In this document: positions 26,349 through 35,715 of the stretch, in pieces | Position numbering within the stretch: the first letter of the stretch is position 1 | Layout of the letters: every line of letters begins with the position of its first letter | Virus record (IMG/VR): IMGVR_UViG_3300045988_060146 | Strand: one strand, 5' to 3' | DNA length: 57,663 nucleotides | Origin: a virus | Notes under the pieces: generated by a model | What the model was told of the DNA's origin: nothing | The model's input: only the letters and a program-made list of their open reading frames with translations | Database searches by the model: none | Made by a program: the position numbers and the translations under genes

Positions 26349-26576
26349 ATGAGTAAAACTGTTAAATGTCCTAAATTTGGTTGTGATGGTGTTGGCATAC
26401 CTGTTGATACCAAGAAAAAATTCTCGTTCGGTAAAGCGCTTGTTGGCAACACAGTAGGTGGTCTCTTCGGACCTGTCGGTGCCGTTGTCGGCGCTGCTAC
26501 CGGAATTAAAGGCAAGAGCGGCAAAACAAAGTTTGTGTGTTCAAAGTGTGGTAATGTTTGGGAAAAGAAAATATAA
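26349..26576 (+). CDS. Split zinc-ribbon protein with a central glycine-zipper segment (75 aa)
   Basis: CPKFGC ... GNTVGGLFGPVGAVVGAATGIKG ... CSKCG. Co-transcribed with the repressor. Confidence 0.6.
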   Translation: MSKTVKCPKFGCDGVGIPVDTKKKFSFGKALVGNTVGGLFGPVGAVVGAATGIKGKSGKTKFVCSKCGNVWEKKI

Positions 26577-26582
26577 CCACAA

Positions 26583-26611
26583 GGCAGAGTTTTTACTCTG
26601 CCTCTATTTTT
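26583..26611. terminator. Bidirectional rho-independent terminator
   Basis: GGCAGAG-TTTTTA-CTCTGCC hairpin followed by TCTATTTTT. Confidence 0.7.
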
Positions 26612-26697
26612 CCTTTAATAAATACATACAAGTACAATAACAGGTCTTTATCTTCCAAGCCCTCAATCATTTTAATTATTTCTTCTTTATATTCCAT
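26593..26697 (-). CDS. 34-aa ORF downstream of the SOS-box promoter
   Basis: GGAGGTGG RBS 7 nt before the ATG. Product MEYKEEIIKMIEGLEDKDLLLYLYVFIKGKIEAE. Ends in the terminator hairpin. Confidence 0.4.
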   Translation of the reverse strand: MEYKEEIIKMIEGLEDKDLLLYLYVFIKGKIEAE

Positions 26698-26720
26698 ACA
26701 ATGCCACCTCCGATACATCA

Positions 26721-26749
26721 ATTATAGAACATTTGTTCTTAAATATCAA
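26721..26749 (-). promoter_or_regulatory. Sigma-A promoter with an embedded LexA (Cheo) box
   Basis: Minus strand reads TTGATA, 17 nt, TATAAT. The spacer contains AGAACAAATGTTCT (GAAC-N4-GTTC) abutting the -10 box. Confidence 0.6.
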
Positions 26750-26899
26750 TATTAGGACGGCAGAAAAATCCACCGCCCTACCGAAACTTGAAGAGTTCTC
26801 TTGTTTGAGAACGTCATTACTGTAGCACTTTAAAGTGTTTTATTATGTCGAATATTGACAACATGGATTGTTTTGTAACCCTATTCCTGTAAAATAATC

Positions 26900-26926
26900 G
26901 AGAGGGCTTATGCCCTCTCTTTTTAT
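26900..26926. terminator. Strong hairpin terminator
   Basis: GAGAGGGC-TTAT-GCCCTCTC followed by TTTTTAT. Confidence 0.7.
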
Positions 26927-26950
26927 GCACAAAATCCTATTTGTGATAGT

Positions 26951-27280
26951 CTGCTAAACCAGAGTTTAGGTAATTTAAAGACAGAGTTTAATAAATCAAA
27001 TAGCATAAAAATTAAAGTTGGCACCGCAGTAAGAACAGCGACAAAGGGTGGAAATTCGTTTGTGTTATTTACCTTAGAAGAAGTCGAAAAAATGTTTGAG
27101 TTAGAAAGTCTCGCTACTAATAATATTGCTATATTAATAAGTAATGGTGATGGATCGGCTTTTCCTTGTCACTTAGAAGGTGTAACTGTATTAAATAATA
27201 AATGGCATGTAGTTTTTAAAGATATAATACAAATGAATATGAGTTGTAGAGTTCAATATGTAATATTTTATTGGAAATAA
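26951..27280 (+). other. Start-less alternative tail-fibre C-terminal cassette (silent in this orientation)
   Basis: Frame is open from 26879 with no ATG or RBS and runs through the terminator at 26900. In-frame LLNQSL junction. Stop codon lies 3 nt from the fibre gene's stop. Confidence 0.45.
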
Positions 27281-27283
27281 TAA

Positions 27284-28864
27284 TTATGTAGTAACGTATT
27301 CACCACTCATAATAATTGCGTACTTACCTGTTCCACCCTGATTTACTATATAACCATTTGAATCACTGTAGCATGGAACATAAGAGCCAGTACCTTTAAA
27401 TGCTGAAAAAGCATGGCAAGTTGTTTGTTTCATAGGATATTTGTTAATTTTAACTCTCCATGCCCCATCATTAGAATTTGCTATTTTACATCGTATTACA
27501 AAATAGACAAGTTTTCCTATCTTATAAACTTCCAAATAAAAGGCATTGCTGCTTTCTAAAGCAATTGAACCAGAAAAAGTTACATAATTAGTTGGTATAG
27601 TCGAAGTATAATAATCAATATCTAAACTTCGGTTTAATTCATCATATTTGTCATTTAAAATCTTGCCTTGACTCGCGTCTAATGCGCTTCCAGTGGTAGA
27701 AGTCGTGAGGTTATTCACCAAATCTTTAAAGGCAAAGCTTTTCAAATCAGCGAACCACTTCTTAATTTTTCCGAAGCCGACCGACACTTTTTCACCAGAA
27801 ACAAGGTTTGCTCTAGTTGTTGTAGCGGCAAAAGTAACTGTTGTATCGCTTATATTTCCACCTTCTGCAACCGCTCCGATATTGGCAGGAGTTATGTTTA
27901 CATTTCCTCTGCGATAATATGCTTCTTTTGCACCTTTTACTCCTGTTACCGGTGTGCCGGCAAGCACATCCCAATATCTATCAACAGTTAAATATACGTT
28001 ACTTCCGGCAGGAATTATATTACCAGCCCCCTCTTTAAAATCAGTGGTTGTGGTAAACTGGTCGGTTATATTGTACATATCACCAGAATTAGCATCCGCT
28101 GTGCTCGGTAAGTCGGCAAAGTTGATTGTTCCAAGAGGTCTTAATGCTCCGCTGAAGCTCTCAGATATTTCTTTAACTTGTTCTGCGTACTTTTGCGCTT
28201 CCGACTCGCTCTTTGCAGAGTTAGTCTCACTTGTCTTAGCATTGGTTTCAGAAGCCTTGGCTTTTGTTTCACTTGTCTTAGCGTTACTTGCAAAAGTTGA
28301 CGCGCTAGTAGCAGAAGCCTTGGCATTAGTTTCACTGTTTTTTGCGTTAGCTGCGCTTGTAGATGCATTAGTCTCTGATTTCTTGGCATTAGTTTCACTG
28401 GTCTTAGAATTTGTTTCACTCGCTTTAGCGTTACTTGCAGAGGTAGACGCACTGGTCTCACTTGCTTTAGCTTTTGTTTCACTCGCTTTAGCATTGGTTT
28501 CACTATTCCTTGCTTTTGTGGCCGAGTTTGACGCGTTGGTTTCACTGGTCTTTGCGTTGGTCTCGCTAGTTTTAGCATTACTTGCAGAGGTGGATGATTC
28601 TTGAGCTTTGCTTGTGGCAAGTTCTGCTGATTTTTGAGCTTGTGATACAGATTGAGCCATGCCGTCAAGATAGCTCTGAATAAGTCTTTGAATTTCAGTG
28701 TCAAAATCCTCAACAGTTCCCATCCGCTTAACTATTCCGGGTGCGAAACACATCCATATCTGCTGTTTTTTCGTGTCGGAGTCGGTCGATACCGCCCATT
28801 CTCCAGCTTTCATTTTTAAGGGGTCAAACTCCGCGTATGCCCCTCGTCTCATTTGAATTGCCAT
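27284..28864 (-). CDS. Tail fibre / receptor-binding protein
   Basis: N-terminus MAIQMRRGAYAEFDPLKMKAGEWAVSTDS (HylP/Mtd-N-like), heptad SETNAK repeat stalk and a globular C-terminus. Last gene of the tail module. Confidence 0.75.
   Translation of the reverse strand: MAIQMRRGAYAEFDPLKMKAGEWAVSTDSDTKKQQIWMCFAPGIVKRMGTVEDFDTEIQRLIQSYLDGMAQSVSQAQKSAELATSKAQESSTSASNAKTSETNAKTSETNASNSATKARNSETNAKASETKAKASETSASTSASNAKASETNSKTSETNAKKSETNASTSAANAKNSETNAKASATSASTFASNAKTSETKAKASETNAKTSETNSAKSESEAQKYAEQVKEISESFSGALRPLGTINFADLPSTADANSGDMYNITDQFTTTTDFKEGAGNIIPAGSNVYLTVDRYWDVLAGTPVTGVKGAKEAYYRRGNVNITPANIGAVAEGGNISDTTVTFAATTTRANLVSGEKVSVGFGKIKKWFADLKSFAFKDLVNNLTTSTTGSALDASQGKILNDKYDELNRSLDIDYYTSTIPTNYVTFSGSIALESSNAFYLEVYKIGKLVYFVIRCKIANSNDGAWRVKINKYPMKQTTCHAFSAFKGTGSYVPCYSDSNGYIVNQGGTGKYAIIMSGEYVTT
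28187..28645 (-). repeat. Coding tandem repeat, 21-nt (7-aa) periodicity
   Basis: About 20 units of (K/A)xSETNA, for example NAKTSETNAKTSETNASNS... Confidence 0.85.
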
Positions 28865-28867
28865 AAG

Positions 28868-31477
28868 CTATACCTCGCTTTCGTCAATGCCTAATTTCTG
28901 ACACAATCTTGAAAACTTATCTTCCAGTTCATCTGTGTGTTTTTGCATCTTATCAATCTTCTGCTCGTCTCCGGCAAGTCTTAAGATTAGGAATTGCTCA
29001 TAGTTCATGCCATAGTACAGTGTATCATCATCCGATGTTGCTTTATTTTGGAAAATCATATCAAGATTTTCATCGACATGTCCTTTATCTTTAAGATTCT
29101 CGATTATATCCTGCGCCATTGCTCCAAAATATAACGGCTTGTCTGAATATCCTCGTCTGTTAAGATTGTATTGGAATAAATCAACCGAGCCTACTGCATC
29201 AATATAATCTTGATTAATTGCTTTAATATTCTTTTTTAAGTGTTTATCTGACGAACTCCATACCCAAGTAGTATCAACTTGGAAACTTAAGGCACTGCCA
29301 TTCCAACCGCAATGGTATGTATGCCCTGTTGCGTCACCACACATTGCATATCCTCTATCGGTTTCTCTGAATTTATCAGAGCCTATCTCTTGAGCATACA
29401 TTGTCTGTGCACCTATAGAGCCTGTGGCTCCGTAAATGGTAATCAAGTTCTCATCATTTTTGACAATTCGCAATACCGCACCATTCATCCAAAGCTCATA
29501 ATTGTTTCCTGAATTGTCAGTGGCCGTTAAATCAATCGTTGAATTACTTAAATTTCCGTTCAGTGCAATACTCCCACCGGACATATTAAGATTTGAAGCG
29601 GTTACTTTTCCATCACTATCAACTGCAAACACTCCATTTCCAATATCAATTGTTCCGCCAACAATATTCTTGCCGGTAATTGTTGTTCCTGTGATGTCCT
29701 CCGCGTCAACTGAACCGGCCTTAACATCAAGTGCATTTACATAGCTTGTAGTCACTGTGTCTTTGGTTATTTGAGTGACTTTAGCAGTAGCTTCAGCCAC
29801 ATTATCCCAAGCAATTTTCACACTGCTATCAAGTGCAATGCCTTTATTATCCAGCGTTACAAGTGTCTTTCCGTTTGCGTCTTTGACATACTGCTTGCCG
29901 TTTGTGTTATTCTCACCGCCTAAAGTGAGCGTGCCACCATGCGCCCAGTCAAAATTAATGCCAATAGCAGACATAATATTGAAAATAGCGTTTCCGTCTT
30001 TATCAATTCCGGCATTCCACGTTTTACCATAGTCACTTGATACAGCCATGCCATTAGCCGTCATTTTCCACTGTATGTTGCTCGAATTAAGGTCGGCTTT
30101 ATTGTGCATGATGTAAATAATCGAGCCATCCTCTTGCTTCTGCTCGGTCTTAAAAAGTCCGAGTGATTGTGACATTAGCTGTGTCAGTAATTGCATTTGC
30201 TTGTCATATGCACTTAGTTGTGCCTGTGCAACTTTCCTAGCTTGTACGACAGCCTTTGTCTCATTACTGAATTTATCAGCACTATTTCTTGAAGCATTTT
30301 CAGCGTCGCACGAAATTTTTGTGCCACTTCCAACTGTAAATGTTCGGTTAGAAATAAAACAGCTATAGGTATTCTGCTTGCGGTCTGTCACAAGTGCTAC
30401 ATCTCCGCTCTCAATCAGTGGGTTTGACAAGAGTGTAGCATCAAGGGGTCTGAACCTCATGCCACCGATTTTTTTGAATATATAGTTTGCAACTGTCTGT
30501 GCCTTGTCTGCCGGAATGAAGGGATTGTCAGAGATTGAGACTACATATCCCTCTTTTCCGGCAAGTGCATTAACATCTTTTGCCTTATCCTCTTTTGAGG
30601 TTACAGTTACCTTTACCCCGGTGATAACAACATCATCAGTCGCAACATTCAAGTCTTTTTGCGTGTAAATATTGTGGTAATTTCTCGCCTCCGTGAATGT
30701 TCCACCATCAGCAATATCTCCACTTGAATAGTCGGTAAAATTTCCACCATCAACACTATCTCCGTCAGAGTATGGTGTAGTTTTTGTGCTAAAAGTTCCA
30801 CCATTGTAATTTTGGCTCCCAAACTGGCTCATATCATACCAGCCGATAAGCAATTCGCCATCATGACCGCACTTGCCCCATAATCCACTCAACTGCAAAA
30901 TATAGGCTATTACTTGTCCATATGTGAGCTTTTGATTATCACTCGGTATCTCGTTAATCACGTAATCAGAGTTATCAAATCTCGCCATAGTAAAAGGTAC
31001 ATCACACTTAATACAAGCGTCTCTGACTACCTCATACGTTGTCGTAGGGTAGCTTAAATTGCTATCATACTCACGATTGAAATTATTAATATTGTCAAGA
31101 CAAGTAAGCGTTATAAGCGAGCCGTCATAGCTTGTCTCGCTGACTCTATACTCACCGATTTTTAGTTTTTCACTTGTGCCATCAGAAAAGCTTTTTGAAA
31201 CATATGCTGTTACTCTTGCCTTGTCAAAATCATACTTGCTGTAATCTTCATAAATATTATTCAGCTTAATTTTCAGTTTTCCGGCAATCAAAGCCCCGAT
31301 TGTGAAAGTGCCATTGCTTGATGTTGAGTCATTAATTTCGAAGCCATTCGCCCACAGCTCACTATCACTAATAGGGATTTTTTCGCCACTTGCCGTAACT
31401 ATGTCAGCAAAACAATTTACATTTATATCATTATCGAGCATTACTGCTCTTTGCCATTTAGCCGATACGTTAAGCAT
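28868..31477 (-). CDS. Tail tip/tail-associated protein with a C-terminal S74 intramolecular chaperone domain
   Basis: 869 aa. C-terminus SSDKHLKKNIKAI...LFQYNLN...YFGAMAQDI is typical of the S74 auto-processing domain. Confidence 0.75.
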   Translation of the reverse strand: MLNVSAKWQRAVMLDNDINVNCFADIVTASGEKIPISDSELWANGFEINDSTSSNGTFTIGALIAGKLKIKLNNIYEDYSKYDFDKARVTAYVSKSFSDGTSEKLKIGEYRVSETSYDGSLITLTCLDNINNFNREYDSNLSYPTTTYEVVRDACIKCDVPFTMARFDNSDYVINEIPSDNQKLTYGQVIAYILQLSGLWGKCGHDGELLIGWYDMSQFGSQNYNGGTFSTKTTPYSDGDSVDGGNFTDYSSGDIADGGTFTEARNYHNIYTQKDLNVATDDVVITGVKVTVTSKEDKAKDVNALAGKEGYVVSISDNPFIPADKAQTVANYIFKKIGGMRFRPLDATLLSNPLIESGDVALVTDRKQNTYSCFISNRTFTVGSGTKISCDAENASRNSADKFSNETKAVVQARKVAQAQLSAYDKQMQLLTQLMSQSLGLFKTEQKQEDGSIIYIMHNKADLNSSNIQWKMTANGMAVSSDYGKTWNAGIDKDGNAIFNIMSAIGINFDWAHGGTLTLGGENNTNGKQYVKDANGKTLVTLDNKGIALDSSVKIAWDNVAEATAKVTQITKDTVTTSYVNALDVKAGSVDAEDITGTTITGKNIVGGTIDIGNGVFAVDSDGKVTASNLNMSGGSIALNGNLSNSTIDLTATDNSGNNYELWMNGAVLRIVKNDENLITIYGATGSIGAQTMYAQEIGSDKFRETDRGYAMCGDATGHTYHCGWNGSALSFQVDTTWVWSSSDKHLKKNIKAINQDYIDAVGSVDLFQYNLNRRGYSDKPLYFGAMAQDIIENLKDKGHVDENLDMIFQNKATSDDDTLYYGMNYEQFLILRLAGDEQKIDKMQKHTDELEDKFSRLCQKLGIDESEV

Positions 31478-31489
31478 TAAATCACCGCC

Positions 31490-31846
31490 TTATACTTCTA
31501 TGAGGTCAAAACTCAACGTCTCATACCTCTTATTGTTGACAATCCATATCTTGATAGGCGCGCTTCTGTCACCTACATAAAATGTGCGTGTTTCGTCAGT
31601 GCCGCTCATAGCGTCAGGATATGCTACCGATATATATTCCGGATTTACCATTTGAAGTATCTTTGCTGTCCTAGCCTTGTCTGTACCATTCCACGACAAT
31701 TTAATTTGTCGTTTCTGTGCTATTCTATTCTTGTGCATTTTGCCGTCTTGTGTACGTCCACTATCGCTTGCAGACACATCAATCAAGCCCCATTCAAAGC
31801 TTGACGGAGTAGGTAATTCCACTCCGTCTACTAACATCATTGCCAT
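31490..31846 (-). CDS. Small tail protein (distal-tail-protein position)
   Basis: 118 aa, between the tape measure and tail tip genes. Function assigned by position only. Confidence 0.4.
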   Translation of the reverse strand: MAMMLVDGVELPTPSSFEWGLIDVSASDSGRTQDGKMHKNRIAQKRQIKLSWNGTDKARTAKILQMVNPEYISVAYPDAMSGTDETRTFYVGDRSAPIKIWIVNNKRYETLSFDLIEV

Positions 31847-31888
31847 ATTGTTACCTCGTAAAAAGACACCCACATAGGTGTGAGTGTC

Positions 31889-34800
31889 TTAGCCAAATTC
31901 ATTTGCTACAATATATCGTTGTCCGTGCTTTGCCTTGCCTACCTGTGTCATGCGATAGAGTGTTTCACTGTCGCACTTAAACACATTTTCAATGATAGGC
32001 GCAGAGCTTCCACCGACATTAGAGTTCATCATTACTTGTGCCATGCCCTCCATGACAGCCTGTTTAATTCCCTCGGTGATTTGTTGGTTGTTTGCAACTA
32101 CATTTTTGCCGTTTGAGAATTTGCCGACTAACTCATTGTGATTGATGAAAGCCATGCCGTCCTCTCCCCTTGGGAAAATTCCGCCGCTGGCAAGCCTTGG
32201 AATATGTACTTTCGGAACTAACGATACTCCGTTCCAATTTGCACCAGCCACCTTAGCAGCCATAGAAACAACTTTGTTAAATCCTCTTAATAAAGAGTTA
32301 ATTCCACTGACAACAAAATTAACCCCATTCTCTATTTTTGAAATAACGTAGTTCATAGCCCCTGTGACACCGCCTCTTATTGAACTCCACACATAATTAA
32401 ACGCGTTTGTAATTCCATTTTTCATAATATTAAAGCAGTTTGTAATAGGCGAAATAACATTGCCATTAAACCAACCCGCCACGCTTTGCCAAGTAGATAT
32501 AACAAAGTTCTTTGCTACGCTAAGTGCCGATGTTATGCCAGCTTTCAACATATTAAAGAAGTTTGAAATCGGTTGTATTACTGTACCGCTAAACCAACTT
32601 GCCACCCCTTGCCACGTTGAAAAGACAAAATCTTTTGCTGTCTGTATCGTTGTCTGTATAAGCGTTTTTAAAAAATTAAACAGATTTGAAATTGGAGTAA
32701 TTACATTATTATTAAACCAGCTTGAAGCTACTATCCAAATTGCTTGAATTATTATCCAAACACCTTGAAAAATCTGTTGTGCTCGTGTAGCAAAACCTTT
32801 GAAAAATCCGACTATCGGCTCAATTACTGTGGAACTGAACCATTTCGAAGCTCCTTGCCACACAGTTACTATGTCTTTCCATAGAGAACCGAAAAAGCCA
32901 CTTATGGTTTTCCACATATCTTTAAAAAATGAAACTACAGGCTCAATGACATTTCCATTGAACCATTCGCCAACTGTTGAAAACAGTTCGCAAATTGTGT
33001 TCCAATTATCTTTTACCACAACAACAATCGTTGCGACTGCCGCCACTATTGCTCCAACAATTACCGCCGGCAATGCTGCCACACCAGCTAATATTGCTCC
33101 GATTGTGGCCAATGCAACACCTATTACCATTAGAATTTCATTTATCCAACTAAATCCGTCTTTTAACATTTTGACAAAATTTACAATAGATAAAATCGTT
33201 CCGGCTATTGCTGAAAAAGCAGAACCGATTGTTGCTAATAGGTCTGCTGCCCCTGTTCCGAATGCGGCCGTTATTGCATCACCCAAACTTAAACCACTGA
33301 ATAGTCCTTCTATAAGTAGCCCGAGGTTTGTTGACAATGAGGCAAAAATCGTTTTAAATGCTTGCATTATTGCTGTTCCAATACCAGCTCCCTCTACAAG
33401 CTCAAATCCAATTTTTGAAGCTATTGCCTGTGCTATCGCTTTTGATAATGATTTTCCAATAAAAGCAAGTGCCACTGAACCCAATTTTAACGAAATTATC
33501 TTTTTTATCAGCAATGTTCCAACTATTATCTCAACAGTTTTAATGTCCAAATTGCTTAAAAAGTCCGTAATGCCTTTGAGTACATCTTTCCACGACACAT
33601 TTTTAATTGCCGTGGTTAGCATGGTGTATATTCCTTGTACCCATGCGTTAATAGTTTTTGCCAGTAACGCAAAATCAAAATTCTTAAAGAATCCATTAAT
33701 GCCGTTAGCAATTGACAAGCCAAAATTAGTCCAGTCGAATGTTGTACCGAATGAATTGAGGAAATGCAAAGCTGTGTTCAGTGAACCGGCTATTGTTGCG
33801 CCCAAATCGTAAAAGAGTCTTGGGCTGATTAAGCCATTGAGGAAATCTGCAAGTCCTTTTCCAAAATTGTCGGCTTTCCGATAAATTTTCTTCCAATCAA
33901 TGCTCTCCATAGCACTCGCAAGAGCGTCACCGATGTACTTTCCGAGGGAGTATAAATCTTTGATTGATGATTTGTATTTTTCGAGCAATCCATCAGTCTT
34001 TTTCAGCGAGCTATCAACACCACTGCCAGCTCCGCCACCGCCTGAACCGCCACTGCCCGAACCCCCACCACTGCCACTATCGCTGTTATCGTCAAGTGCG
34101 TGTATCTCATCTATGCTAAGCAGTGTCTTTTTCAGTTTTTGGGCTTTCTTATTAGAACTATCAGCATTATCGCCAATATCGCCAACTCCGTCAGCTATGT
34201 CCTCCATGCCGTCAACAGTAGCACCGCCACCGCTTATCTCGATAGTCCATCCGAAGATTGCTCCGAGTGCGTCAGCTACAGTTCTTGTAAAGCTGATAAC
34301 CTTGAGCATTACTTTACTTAAGGCTTGAACAAACGGCTTTAGAGCATTGATTATTACGCTACCTATGATACTGCCCCATGCTTGGAGCTCTTGCTTAAGG
34401 ACTCTTACACTGTTAGCCCAAGTGTTGGCGGTCTTAGCAAAATCGCCTTGCGCAGCTTGCGTATTTGCCATGACATAATTATATCTTAGCAACACCTTTT
34501 CGGCTTGCGTCATTGACTTGATATTTGCGTCAAGTCCGTTTTTCATAGCCCACTCTGAAAGCGTGGCCTGTGTTAAATCAAGTCCGTATCTCCTTAATGG
34601 TGCGATTGTTCCCGAAAAAATGGATTGTAAGCTCTTTGCAACATCAGCTTGGTCTACATCGTAGAATGAAGCCATATCACCAGCTAATCTTGTAAGATTA
34701 AGCGACATATCAGCCATACTGTCTGTAGTCTTGTATAGCGTGTTATTTTGGCTCATAAGAGCTTTATTTGCCACTGCCGTACCATTCGCCACTTGCTGTG

Positions 34801-35662
34801 ATGTAATGCCTACAGAAGTACCCAGTGCTTGGAATCGGCTTGATATTTGCTTAACCGTCAGTTCAGACATTCCGAAGTCTTGAATTGATGTTTTTGTAAA
34901 ATCATCAACTTTGCTTGCCATGTCACCAAACGTGGTATCTACTACGTTTTGAACCTCGGTTAGTTGGCTTGCTAAATCAACTGCACTGCCTATTTTTCCT
35001 ACAGCTCGCATAACCATCCAATAAGTTGCATAAAACTTACCGATAGTTGAAGCTAAGCCCCTGAATCCACTTCTTGTACTCTTAATTGACTTAGTTGTGT
35101 TTGAAAAGCCTGTTATGAGCGACCTACTAGCCGAACCGACTTTTGAGCCTTGCTGTGACAGATTAGCAAGTGCATTAGTCATTTGAATAATGTTGTTGCT
35201 GACTCTCGGTGCGTTAGATAATGTTGTCATTACCTCTTTTAAGGCACTACCAAGGTTTCTTATGTTATCCGCAGCATAACCGGCTGATTTTGAACCGAGC
35301 TTTGAGATTGAAGCCGTTAGCTGTGTAATCTCTGCTGATTGCTTTGAGATATTCGCAAAGCCCGACAATTCTGTTGCCATGCTCTTTAAGGCACTTGCCG
35401 AGCTGACAAGTCTTGCAGTATCAAGGTTGCCGAGTTTCTCCATGTTAGTTGCAATCTTGCTAAAGGTACGAGTGTCAATACTGCTCACGCTTCTGAGTGA
35501 TGTTGCAAGTTGTGACATTCCACTCGCAAAATTGCTTATGCTTGCACCATTGAGGGAATTGAGAGTGTCTCCAAGGCCTCGCAACTTATCTTGTAAATTG
35601 CCTATGGCTCTAGTCGCTTGTTGCGCGTCCGACTTGATTTGAAGCTCAATGCTCTCTGCCAT
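31889..35662 (-). CDS. Tape measure protein
   Basis: 1257 aa. Helical, with hydrophobic Gly/Ala-rich segments and repeated W..V..WF.G.VI.PI motifs. Downstream of the chaperone genes. Confidence 0.9.
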   Translation of the reverse strand: MAESIELQIKSDAQQATRAIGNLQDKLRGLGDTLNSLNGASISNFASGMSQLATSLRSVSSIDTRTFSKIATNMEKLGNLDTARLVSSASALKSMATELSGFANISKQSAEITQLTASISKLGSKSAGYAADNIRNLGSALKEVMTTLSNAPRVSNNIIQMTNALANLSQQGSKVGSASRSLITGFSNTTKSIKSTRSGFRGLASTIGKFYATYWMVMRAVGKIGSAVDLASQLTEVQNVVDTTFGDMASKVDDFTKTSIQDFGMSELTVKQISSRFQALGTSVGITSQQVANGTAVANKALMSQNNTLYKTTDSMADMSLNLTRLAGDMASFYDVDQADVAKSLQSIFSGTIAPLRRYGLDLTQATLSEWAMKNGLDANIKSMTQAEKVLLRYNYVMANTQAAQGDFAKTANTWANSVRVLKQELQAWGSIIGSVIINALKPFVQALSKVMLKVISFTRTVADALGAIFGWTIEISGGGATVDGMEDIADGVGDIGDNADSSNKKAQKLKKTLLSIDEIHALDDNSDSGSGGGSGSGGSGGGGAGSGVDSSLKKTDGLLEKYKSSIKDLYSLGKYIGDALASAMESIDWKKIYRKADNFGKGLADFLNGLISPRLFYDLGATIAGSLNTALHFLNSFGTTFDWTNFGLSIANGINGFFKNFDFALLAKTINAWVQGIYTMLTTAIKNVSWKDVLKGITDFLSNLDIKTVEIIVGTLLIKKIISLKLGSVALAFIGKSLSKAIAQAIASKIGFELVEGAGIGTAIMQAFKTIFASLSTNLGLLIEGLFSGLSLGDAITAAFGTGAADLLATIGSAFSAIAGTILSIVNFVKMLKDGFSWINEILMVIGVALATIGAILAGVAALPAVIVGAIVAAVATIVVVVKDNWNTICELFSTVGEWFNGNVIEPVVSFFKDMWKTISGFFGSLWKDIVTVWQGASKWFSSTVIEPIVGFFKGFATRAQQIFQGVWIIIQAIWIVASSWFNNNVITPISNLFNFLKTLIQTTIQTAKDFVFSTWQGVASWFSGTVIQPISNFFNMLKAGITSALSVAKNFVISTWQSVAGWFNGNVISPITNCFNIMKNGITNAFNYVWSSIRGGVTGAMNYVISKIENGVNFVVSGINSLLRGFNKVVSMAAKVAGANWNGVSLVPKVHIPRLASGGIFPRGEDGMAFINHNELVGKFSNGKNVVANNQQITEGIKQAVMEGMAQVMMNSNVGGSSAPIIENVFKCDSETLYRMTQVGKAKHGQRYIVANEFG

Positions 35663-35680
35663 TTTCTCACCTCCCTGTAA

Positions 35681-35708
35681 TAAAAAAGAGCTACCCTAAA
35701 GTAGCTCT
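35681..35708 (-). terminator. Strong rho-independent terminator between the endolysin and tape measure genes
   Basis: AGAGCTAC-6 nt-GTAGCTCT (8 bp) followed on the minus strand by UUUUUUA. Confidence 0.7.
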
Positions 35709-35715
35709 CATGTAT

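Noticed and set aside
28187-28645. Possible CRISPR array, suggested by the regular short repeats.
   Set aside because: The period is 21 nt with no spacers. The repeats are in frame inside a long ORF, and no cas genes are present.
27954-28713. ORFs 27954..28604 (+, 216 aa) and 28141..28713 (-, 190 aa) overlapping the fibre gene.
   Set aside because: Both are alternative readings of the 21-nt tandem repeat (LVS/LAL or KQ/RP runs). The fibre frame has the proper start codon, N-terminal domain and context.
27284-28864. Diversity-generating retroelement acting on the fibre, suggested by its Mtd-N-like N-terminus.
   Set aside because: No reverse transcriptase gene and no template/variable repeat pair are visible anywhere in the genome.
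32142-35642. Long plus-strand ORFs (for example 32799..33812, 337 aa, and 33900..34328) antisense to the tape measure gene.
   Set aside because: Their composition is low-complexity Ser/Pro/Ile/Ala with no RBS. They mirror the repetitive helical tape measure coding strand and are antisense artefacts.
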